44,183 nucleotides of DNA from Myxococcales bacterium (GCA_020351445.1 CP070713.1:3217654-3261836); one strand, 5' to 3'. Shown: positions 26,206 to 32,405, counted from the first letter of the stretch. The notes: generated by a model not told the origin, from the sequence alone. Program-made: numbers and translations.

Positions 26206-26664
26206 ATGAAAGTAGCGGCGATGATTCTGGGCATGCTGGCTGCGGCGGTGGTCGGCTGCGGTTGCAACGGAGTCACCTACGAAATTGACGGGGTGACCGT
26301 GGTACTTGAGAAGGGCGACGGGCCCGAGCGGGAACATATGCTGCTGGCGTCCGAGAAGTATCGGACGGAGGCCGGGCTCCGCTGGGATCTCATGCCGGAC
26401 GATGAGACCGCTGTGTGGCGAGCTCTGTCAGAGATCCGCTGGACAGCTGAAGGGGTGCCCGATCGGGCGGCCTACGATCCGGCGACGCGCGCGATACGCG
26501 CCACGTGGTTGGGCTGTGCGCTGAGCGTGCCCCTATATTCCGAGCTCACTGAGCATTACGTGGCTGTGCTGCAGGAAGGAAGCGGGCCCACCGACGATGA
26601 TCGCCAATGGGCCCGGGACCTAGAGAGTGCTACTGCCGTCGCGTTGTGTCGACTCGATTTCTAG
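26206..26664 (+). CDS. Lipoprotein
   Basis: ATG at 26206 behind AAGGGA. MKVAAMILGMLAAAVVGC has a good lipobox (VVGC). The longer 25792 ORF upstream of this start is R/G/P-rich junk. Confidence 0.6.
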   Translation: MKVAAMILGMLAAAVVGCGCNGVTYEIDGVTVVLEKGDGPEREHMLLASEKYRTEAGLRWDLMPDDETAVWRALSEIRWTAEGVPDRAAYDPATRAIRATWLGCALSVPLYSELTEHYVAVLQEGSGPTDDDRQWARDLESATAVALCRLDF

Positions 26665-26673
26665 TCACGTAAT

Positions 26674-26717
26674 GCCCCCCCGTGCAAGGGAGTGCACCCG
26701 CTTGCTTCCGGGGGGGC
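26674..26717 (+). terminator. Two-tier GC stem-loop just after the last late gene (U-tract-less terminator candidate)
   Basis: GCCCCCCC (26674-26681) pairs with GGGGGGGC (26710-26717). This encloses an inner GTGCA/TGCAC hairpin (26682-26697). Confidence 0.35.
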
Positions 26718-27090
26718 CACCAACAACCGAATGTGTGGCCGATCCTGCAGGTGAGCCAGCGTCATGCCCTGCAGGCCCCATGCTCTCCAATTGCTCCCCG
26801 CACAAGTGCGTGAATGAACCTCTAGGGCTTCTACAATTGGCATACTGGCCATGAGCTATGCGGTGTCGAGGTGGCTGCCTGGGCACCGCGGTATCGACCA
26901 CGGGGCCCGTCCTAGCAGGAGCTCACGAAGGAAGCAAGAGAGGGGGGGCGTCGACATCTACTCACGACAGAAGAAGGAAAGAAGGCACCTGCGAATCCCG
27001 CGAATTCCGCAAACCAGAACCAAAGTAACGCCCCCCCTCTGCAACCAGGAGTCTACCACCGTAGCACCGGGGGGCAACGGGCGCCAAGCG

Positions 27091-27123
27091 TTCCGAAAAA
27101 ACGCAGGGTGCAAAATTTCGGAA
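27091..27123 (-). terminator. Hairpin just downstream of the mazG-like stop codon
   Basis: TTCCGAAA (27091-27098) / TTTCGGAA (27116-27123), 8 bp with a 17-nt loop, no clear U-tract. Weak. Confidence 0.25.
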
Positions 27124-27125
27124 TG

Positions 27126-27626
27126 CTATCCGTCTGAACGAGCTCGGCCGTGACACTGGCCGCGATCCATGTTTTTCGCCAGCTTCTGCTCCATTTCGGA
27201 TGGAAGATCGATCTGCAGCCGGTGCGCCAGGGCAAACGTCTCTGCCAGGGCGAGCTCGAGACTGATGCGCGTATCCGTTTGGTTGTTGTCGCGCCATTGC
27301 TCGGTGGCATTGCACAGCCAGTGCAGAATCGACCACAGCAATACCTCGACGGGGATGAAACAGAGGCCTGCAGGATACTTGGAGGCACGGCGATCATACC
27401 ATGTGTCACGCCAGAGCGTATGCAGTATGTCGAGCAGGCGGATCGCCACGTCGGCGAATTCTTCTCCAAGGGGATCTACGCCGGTGCCGTCTGTCGCGGC
27501 GCGAGCCTCGTCGAGCTCTGTGGTGGCCAGCATGAGCTTGATCGGCAGGTTTTCCCAGCTGGGCGGATCAAAGCCGTTGTCTAGGTTCACGGCGTGGATG
27601 CTCTGAGCGAAAGAGCGGATATCCAT
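27126..27626 (-). CDS. mazG: MazG-like all-alpha nucleoside triphosphate pyrophosphohydrolase
   Basis: 166 aa. KLMLATTELDEA...LGEEFADVAIRLLDILH and QIDLPSEMEQKLAKNMDR fit the MazG motifs E..E...EE..D and K...N..R. RBS AGGGGGG. Confidence 0.7.
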   Translation of the reverse strand: MDIRSFAQSIHAVNLDNGFDPPSWENLPIKLMLATTELDEARAATDGTGVDPLGEEFADVAIRLLDILHTLWRDTWYDRRASKYPAGLCFIPVEVLLWSILHWLCNATEQWRDNNQTDTRISLELALAETFALAHRLQIDLPSEMEQKLAKNMDRGQCHGRARSDG

Positions 27627-27635
27627 TTGTCCCCC

Positions 27636-28352
27636 CTATCGTCGGCGACGGCTCTGGCGATTATTGTTCCGGGACCGGGACTGCGATCTATGCCTAGACT
27701 TGTCCCGGGCGGACTGCGCCTGGCGCCGCTCGAATTCTTGCTTGCTGATGAATTTCCCTTTTTTGTCGCGGTATTGCGTGGCGGATTGGGATCCGGAAAA
27801 AACCCCAGGGGCCTTTTTTCCGGATTGCTGCGCGGCTTGGACGCGGGCCCGGTGCGCGGCTCGATCGCGCTCGCTCTGAGCTCGGCGCCGATCATACTCC
27901 GCTGCGCTGATTGGATTGCCGCGGCGGTCCCGGTAGTTGTGCTCGTCATGGACGTTTGACTCGCGCTGCCACGTGCCCGAGGGATTCTTCTGCTCGAAGT
28001 GGCGCTTGCTCAGCATGTAACTCAGCGCGGCGCCCCCCGCGGCTCCTGCCCCAGCCGCAGCGAGAAATTTCCAGGTGTCGTTTGCCTCTTTGCTCTCGGG
28101 GTCCTTCCATTGCCATTGCCCGTCCGGGCCCCAGCTGCCGGCGGCCGGGTTGCCCACGTGATTGACGTACTGGCCAGGGGCCACGGGGCCCAGCGGTGGG
28201 GCGCCTGGGGGAACCTGGGCGGGGGCTGCTGGGGCGGCCATGGGCGCGGTGATCGTCGGCGACGGTTGCGGGGGGTCATTGCAAGCGATGGCCTGGATGG
28301 CCTGTAAAATGAACGGTGCGACCGTTAGATTGACAAAAGGATGGTTTTTCAT
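27636..28352 (-). CDS. Lipoprotein with a Pro-rich linker, a glycine-zipper segment and a tandem-repeat basic C-terminus
   Basis: Start at MKNHPF (AAGGAG 8 nt upstream). Lipobox AIAC. Gly-zipper FLAAAGAGAAGGAALSYML. Two 30-aa repeats: NYRDRRGNPISAAEYDRRRAQSERDRAAHR and QYRDKKGKFISKQEFERRQAQSARDKSRHR. The 22 upstream codons of the tracked ORF overlap the tRNA-like element. Confidence 0.6.
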   Translation of the reverse strand: MKNHPFVNLTVAPFILQAIQAIACNDPPQPSPTITAPMAAPAAPAQVPPGAPPLGPVAPGQYVNHVGNPAAGSWGPDGQWQWKDPESKEANDTWKFLAAAGAGAAGGAALSYMLSKRHFEQKNPSGTWQRESNVHDEHNYRDRRGNPISAAEYDRRRAQSERDRAAHRARVQAAQQSGKKAPGVFSGSQSATQYRDKKGKFISKQEFERRQAQSARDKSRHRSQSRSRNNNRQSRRRR

Positions 28353-28374
28353 TGGCTTAGCTCCTTTCAGATAA

Positions 28375-28443
28375 TGGCGGGGAGCATGGGAATTGAACCC
28401 ACAACGCCACCGCTGCATGGGCGTTACCCCGTGCGGACTCCCC
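28375..28443 (-). other. tRNA-like element: intact T-arm, acceptor 3' strand and CCA, but no canonical D or anticodon arms
   Basis: Minus strand: GGGGAGTCCGCACGGGGTAACGCCCATGCAGCGGTGGCGTTGTGGGTTCAATTCCCATGCTCCCCGCCA. T-arm GTGGG-TTCAATT-CCCAT. A 7-bp acceptor pairing is possible (GGGGAGT/GCTCCCC). It is only 69 nt including CCA. The + strand translation shows the GIEPTT artefact typical of antisense tRNA. Confidence 0.5.
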
Positions 28444-28525
28444 GCGTCAAAGAATGGCCGCGTCGCAGTCTACCGGTTCGAGCTCTGTCAGTCTTCTGCA
28501 AATTGGCGGGGGGGTCAGTTTGCAA

Positions 28526-28558
28526 GATGGAACCCGGATGGAACCCGGATGGAACCCG
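28526..28558. repeat. Perfect 3 x 11-bp tandem direct repeat, GATGGAACCCG
   Basis: 28526-28536, 28537-28547 and 28548-28558 are identical. Flanked by the TGCAAA/TTTGCA inverted repeat (28497-28502 / 28519-28524) and the CCGGGG/CCCCGG hairpin. Confidence 0.9.
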
Positions 28559-28691
28559 GGGGGCTCAATCCCCGGAGCCCCTTGCAACCTGTGTGCCAAA
28601 GTGTGCGGAAGTGGGGGCGGACTGCGCGGACCGCGCTTCCCCTCGTTTTTGTTGAGTTTTGCTCTGAGCGCTGCTCGAGCTCCCGGGCCCG

Positions 28692-28727
28692 TGACTCGTT
28701 TTTCTCGCTCAGGCGTTAAACCAGGTG
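28692..28727 (+). promoter_or_regulatory. Conserved promoter-like motif, copy 1
   Basis: TGACTC-N16-CGTTAA-ACCAGGTG. It sits at the head of the ORF-poor structured region. Confidence 0.5.
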
Positions 28728-29000
28728 AGGACATTCAGTCCGTCCTGACTCAGACAGATCGCGGTGAGTCGTTCGGCGACAAGTGCCGGTTGCATCGGTG
28801 AGTCGAGTGCGGCGAGGTTCGAGCCCAGTGATGGGTGTCCTCCATCCAATAGATACGCGCCAGGACAGTCGGCGAGTGACCCGCACGAGTTGCGACACAG
28901 CTAAAGGACTTGAATCGCGGTGGATGAACATACCCCGCCCTTGCCCCGGTAGAGCTGCTGGCTCAGTGAGGGGCGGGGGTGTGTAGAGAAACTGAAACGC

Positions 29001-29040
29001 TTAAATGCTTTTTAGCATTCTTTTTTTATAAAAAAAGAAG
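29001..29040. other. AT-rich tract (candidate DNA unwinding element or host-type promoter region)
   Basis: TTAAATGCTTTTTAGCATTCTTTTTTTATAAAAAAAGAAG is the only strongly AT-rich stretch I saw in this GC-rich window. It includes T7-AT-A7 and a TATAAA hexamer (29027-29032). Confidence 0.5.
29004..29027 (+). terminator. Weak AT-rich hairpin plus T7 run
   Basis: AATGCT-TTTT-AGCATT (29004-29019) followed by C and T7 (29021-29027). Confidence 0.3.
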
Positions 29041-29075
29041 GGGTCTCCACTATTACCAAATTACTAGGAGTTGCT

Positions 29076-29110
29076 GCTTTAGGGGACTCGCTTCGCTCGT
29101 CCCCTAAAGC
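29076..29110 (+). promoter_or_regulatory. Perfect 12-bp stem-loop
   Basis: GCTTTAGGGGAC (29076-29087) / GTCCCCTAAAGC (29099-29110) with an 11-nt loop, TCGCTTCGCTC. Extendable by 2-3 flanking pairs. Confidence 0.6.
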
Positions 29111-29113
29111 AGT

Positions 29114-29149
29114 AGGCCGCGCTTCGCGCGGCCTGTGTCTTTTGTTTTT
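29114..29149 (+). terminator. Rho-independent terminator
   Basis: AGGCCGCGC-TTC-GCGCGGCCT (9-bp GC stem) followed by GTGTCTTTTGTTTTT. Confidence 0.7.
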
Positions 29150-29198
29150 CGACTGGGAAGGAATAAATGGGGAGGGGTCCCAGGCGGATAAAGGGGAA

Positions 29199-29384
29199 AT
29201 GAAAATGGGAAGCAAAGAGAGGTTTCTGCGGATCAGTACGCGGGCCCTGGTGTTGGCTGGTGCCTGCATAATTGCAGGCCATCCGATGGATGAGGGCCCG
29301 CATGTGTCGCTGCTGCTGTCCTGGCTGTTTCTGGGGCTGGGCTGGGGCTTTGTGCGGCTTCTGTGGCCCGTTGCCCGGGATTGA
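29199..29384 (+). CDS. Small two-pass membrane protein
   Basis: ATG at 29199 or 29205, after AAGGGG. RALVLAGACIIAG and SLLLSWLFLGLGWGFVRLLW are hydrophobic. Third positions are mostly G/C. Confidence 0.4.
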   Translation: MKMGSKERFLRISTRALVLAGACIIAGHPMDEGPHVSLLLSWLFLGLGWGFVRLLWPVARD

Positions 29385-29414
29385 GCTCGGGCCGGGTGCG
29401 TGGTTGACTTCCGC

Positions 29415-29630
29415 ATGCTCGTGAGTGCATCGACGTTGGCTGTCCCCCCGCCATCCGCGGGGGAGCTCTTGCCTGCCTGGGTGGCTGCGCACCGGCAATG
29501 CGGCACCGGCTACCGGTGGCAGGCGGACTGTGCCCGGGGTTGTCTCGTCTACCGCTGCCCGCGGTGTGGCGAGACCCTGGATGTGCCCTTTGAGGGTCGC
29601 GGCCCAGGCGGCCCCCCGAGGGGCGGATAG
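29415..29630 (+). CDS. Small Cys-rich zinc-ribbon-like protein
   Basis: About 71 aa with QCGTGYRWQADCARGCLVYRCPRCGE. High third-position GC. Ends 10 nt before the helicase start. Confidence 0.45.
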   Translation: MLVSASTLAVPPPSAGELLPAWVAAHRQCGTGYRWQADCARGCLVYRCPRCGETLDVPFEGRGPGGPPRGG

Positions 29631-29642
29631 GCTAGAGGATTG

Positions 29643-31151
29643 ATGGGAAATACCTCGAGGTTGGTACTGCAGGCGCACAATTCCTGGACGTATGTGCTTG
29701 AGGCAGACGAGCTCATGCTGTCGGTGCTCAGCCAGGAGTGTCGATATCCGACTGAGCACGCCGAAATGATGGCCGATGGAACCTACCGGCCGCCGGCTGG
29801 CGAGCGTCCCTATGGCGGTTGGGACGGGTGGATCCGGTTGCTCAAACGGCCGCGGAGCGGGCCCCCCGCGTTGCCTACGGGGCTGCTGCCCCTGGCATGT
29901 CGCCTGGCTGCCAAGTACCAGCGGCACTCGGTGGTTGAGGACTGCCGGCAGCGGCCGGACGAGGAAATGCCCGAGTTCCCCGCGGTGAGCCTGCGTGACT
30001 ACCAGGAGCAGGCTGTCCGGGCGGCCATCCACGCGGGGCGGGGGGTCCTCGATCTGCCCCCCAGGGCCGGCAAGACTCGAATTGCTGCGGAGCTCCAACG
30101 GCGGCTAGGTTTCCCCACCGTGTGGCTGGCGCCAACCGAGCGGATTGTGGCGCAGACGGCGGACGTGCTGACCGAGCATTTTGGGCGGAACTATGCGCGC
30201 GCGCTCGAGTGCGCGGCAGACGCGGACATGATGCGGGACCGGCGGATCGTCGTCATGACTGCGGCGATGGCCGCGCGGCTGCCGGCGGACTGGTATCTGT
30301 CGCGGCAGATGATCCTGGTGGACGAGTTCCACCACGCCGCGGCCAAGACTTACAGCCGCGACGTGTGGCCGAAGATCGATCACATCTTCTGGCGCTTTGG
30401 GATGACGGGCACGTTTTTCCGCTCGGGCCATGATGCCCTGGCCATGCATGCGCTGCTCAGCCAGACGGTCTACCGGATGACGCCTGGGCAGCTGCTCGAG
30501 CAGGGCCACCTGGTGCCGACGCACTGCGTCTTTCTGCCCGTTGACGCGCCGCGGCTGCGGGGGGTGGGCAAGGGCTGGCACCAGGGGATGGGCACGGCCG
30601 GTATCCATGAGCACGAAATGCGGGCCAGGATGGCCGCAGACGCCGCTCTGAGCCTCTGCCGGCTCGGACGCAGGGTGCTAGCCCTGGTGGGCACCAAACG
30701 CCAGGGATACGCCCTGCAGGGGCTCCTAGAGGGGGGATTGCCCCGTCCTCCCCCAGGCGCTGAATTCCGAAGTGCGGAGTTCCTGAGCACCGATCGAGCT
30801 CGGCCAGTGCGCCAGCGTGTGATCGATAGCTTCCTGGCCGGCGGGGAGGTACGGGTGTTGATCGGGACTTCCCTGCTCGGGGAGGGGGTGGATCTTCCTA
30901 GCGCGGATGCGCTTGTGTACGCGCGCGGGGAACGTGCTGAGGTGAGCTTGATCCAGAATGCCTATCGCGTCGGGACGGCGCAGCCCGGGAAGCGGGCGGC
31001 GATCCTGGTGGACTTCGCCGACAGGCATCACAAGAACCTGCTCGGGCACAGCACAGAGCGGCTCCGCCTGTACTACCGTGAGCCTACGTTCAGTGTCACG
31101 GTGCTCGAGCATCCCAGCCAGCTCGAGCCGTGGGTTGCGCAGATCCCTTGA
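29643..31151 (+). CDS. SF2 DExH helicase, UvsW-like
   Basis: Walker A PPRAGKT, DEFH box (ILVDEFHHAA), MTGTFFRSG, LIGTSLLGEGVDLP and QNAYRVGT. The N-terminal domain has GGWDGWIRLL...PTGLL, like the UvsW N-domain. ATG at 29643 after GAGGA. Confidence 0.8.
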   Translation: MGNTSRLVLQAHNSWTYVLEADELMLSVLSQECRYPTEHAEMMADGTYRPPAGERPYGGWDGWIRLLKRPRSGPPALPTGLLPLACRLAAKYQRHSVVEDCRQRPDEEMPEFPAVSLRDYQEQAVRAAIHAGRGVLDLPPRAGKTRIAAELQRRLGFPTVWLAPTERIVAQTADVLTEHFGRNYARALECAADADMMRDRRIVVMTAAMAARLPADWYLSRQMILVDEFHHAAAKTYSRDVWPKIDHIFWRFGMTGTFFRSGHDALAMHALLSQTVYRMTPGQLLEQGHLVPTHCVFLPVDAPRLRGVGKGWHQGMGTAGIHEHEMRARMAADAALSLCRLGRRVLALVGTKRQGYALQGLLEGGLPRPPPGAEFRSAEFLSTDRARPVRQRVIDSFLAGGEVRVLIGTSLLGEGVDLPSADALVYARGERAEVSLIQNAYRVGTAQPGKRAAILVDFADRHHKNLLGHSTERLRLYYREPTFSVTVLEHPSQLEPWVAQIP

Positions 31152-31162
31152 CGCGGACTCGC

Positions 31163-31198
31163 TGACCCGTTTTTCTGCGCCGAGCGTTAACCCAGGTG
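31163..31198 (+). promoter_or_regulatory. Conserved promoter-like motif, copy 2
   Basis: TGACCC-N16-CGTTAA-CCCAGGTG, 12 nt after the helicase stop and 83 nt before ATG 31282. A 9-bp hairpin (GCCCGACCG/CGGTCGGGC) lies in the putative leader. Confidence 0.5.
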
Positions 31199-31281
31199 AC
31201 AGGGCGACAGCCCACAACGGATAGCCCGACCGTCGCCTTAGCCCCGCGGCGGTCGGGCACATTTGCGAAGGAGCTCATAGG

Positions 31282-31680
31282 ATGACGTTGGAGATCCGAG
31301 AAGTGGCGGGCATGGATGACGCGGAGCGTCTGCAGGCACAGGAGCGCGTGGCGATCAAGTCGAGGGAGCAGCTGCTCGCGTTTCTGCATGAGAGTGAACG
31401 GGATTGGCTGATCTTCAACACGCGGCACCTGATCGAGGCGATCCCCTTTCCGCAAGGGGTCCTCATGATGCAGCAGATCGTTGCATGGTATCGCAATCAC
31501 CGGGCCCAGGTGGGCACAGGCCGCAAGGTGCCCGGGAAGCACCCGATCACGGGTGAGCCGATCCACGTCGAGGACATGCACGGCGAAGCCCTTGAAATTT
31601 CGGAGGCTGAGCAGGCGATCCGATTCCTTCTGGACATGATCCGGACCCGTGATCCAAGCTGGACGCTGGCTCGGTTGTAG
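31282..31680 (+). CDS. Hypothetical protein
   Basis: 132-aa ORF with RBS GAAGGAG. I recognised no motif. Confidence 0.55.
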   Translation: MTLEIREVAGMDDAERLQAQERVAIKSREQLLAFLHESERDWLIFNTRHLIEAIPFPQGVLMMQQIVAWYRNHRAQVGTGRKVPGKHPITGEPIHVEDMHGEALEISEAEQAIRFLLDMIRTRDPSWTLARL

Positions 31681-31763
31681 GCGCAAACCAACGGGGGACG
31701 GTGTGCGATCGATAGACATTGCAGCGCCGTTCTATTCCCCCTTTTCCACGCGAGGGATCTTTG

Positions 31764-32405
31764 ATGGAAACCACCATGGAGGCCGTACTATGCTCGGATT
31801 TCAACCATTGGCGGAATCAGACGTGGCATACACAGCAATTGCGCAAGCAAAAGCCGATCCGAAATGTGTCTTTGAAAAAGGGCCAGCCCATTTTTTCAGC
31901 GCTCAATCGCTGGTGCGCCGAAAGGAAAATAGACCCCCGCCGGTGGCTTTATTTTCGGTTTGCGTCTCGTCATTGGAAATACGCCCCGCCCCTAGATCAG
32001 CTAGTCCCTGCCCCGCGCAGCGAGAAAAAAGCGTTGATTGCTTATCGGCTGCTGGGTGAGACTCCAGCATTTTCCGATCGAATTTACAGCGAAATACAGT
32101 ACCAGCGAGACGAAACCGGGGTTTCCTGGGATGTGAATAGGGATATTTCCCACCTGGCCGAAGCAATCAAAAGACGATACCTCGCAACGAATGACTGGCA
32201 GCGCTGCATGAGCCGCATGCAGGATCAAACCTACGGTTTCCATCCGAAAAGTCGAGTGTGTGGGCGTTGCCCCGCGGCGAGCTCTTGCGCTGAGCAGCTG
32301 CAACGAGGGGTGCCTTTCGATATCGTGGCGCTACGCCGGGGGGATGTGTCTCTGCGTTCATGCTACGTGGCCGCAGAGAGGGGGACACATGGAGCAAGGC
32401 GTTGA
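31764..32405 (+). CDS. Hypothetical protein (Trp/Arg-rich, C-terminal Cys pair)
   Basis: I prefer the ATG at 31764 (GAGGGA upstream) over the TTG at 31719. No family recognised. Overlaps the DnaB-like start by 17 nt. Confidence 0.5.
   Translation: METTMEAVLCSDFNHWRNQTWHTQQLRKQKPIRNVSLKKGQPIFSALNRWCAERKIDPRRWLYFRFASRHWKYAPPLDQLVPAPRSEKKALIAYRLLGETPAFSDRIYSEIQYQRDETGVSWDVNRDISHLAEAIKRRYLATNDWQRCMSRMQDQTYGFHPKSRVCGRCPAASSCAEQLQRGVPFDIVALRRGDVSLRSCYVAAERGTHGARR

Noticed and set aside
26851-27153. A 100-aa + strand ORF in the convergent gap.
   Set aside because: It is Arg/Ser/Pro/Gly-rich, has no RBS, overlaps the 3' end of the minus-strand MazG-like gene and crosses purine tracts. It is not credible as a gene.
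28375-28443. A canonical functional tRNA gene (for example tRNA-Cys with GCA in the central loop).
   Set aside because: At 69 nt with CCA it is too short. Positions 8-9 are CC. No D-stem can be drawn, and the best anticodon-stem registers have only 3 or 4 of 5 pairs, with wrong loop positions 33 and 37. I kept it as a tRNA-like fragment instead.
28526-28558. A CRISPR-like array.
   Set aside because: The repeats are 11 bp long and directly abutting with no spacers. There are only three units and no cas genes. This is a simple tandem repeat.
28640-28672. A possible fifth copy of the promoter-like motif (CCCTCGTTTTTG...CTGAGCG).
   Set aside because: It shares only TCGTTTTT and GAGCG, at the wrong spacing (15 nt rather than 7), and lacks the TGACYC and CGTTAA blocks. 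It is probably chance or a degenerate remnant.
28783-28986. A 67-aa + strand ORF inside the structured leader, considered as a small early protein.
   Set aside because: It has a GTG start with no RBS. The translation is Arg/Ser/Gly-rich, typical of an off-frame reading. It spans predicted RNA stems. I kept it only as an alternative that would refute the ncRNA/leader hypothesis.
29079-30098. A 339-aa minus-strand ORF considered as a possible integrase next to the tRNA-like fragment.
   Set aside because: It is antisense to the UvsW-like helicase, which has Walker A and DEFH motifs on the + strand. It has no recombinase motifs (no R..H..R..Y pattern or serine-recombinase N-terminus) and a junk-like composition.
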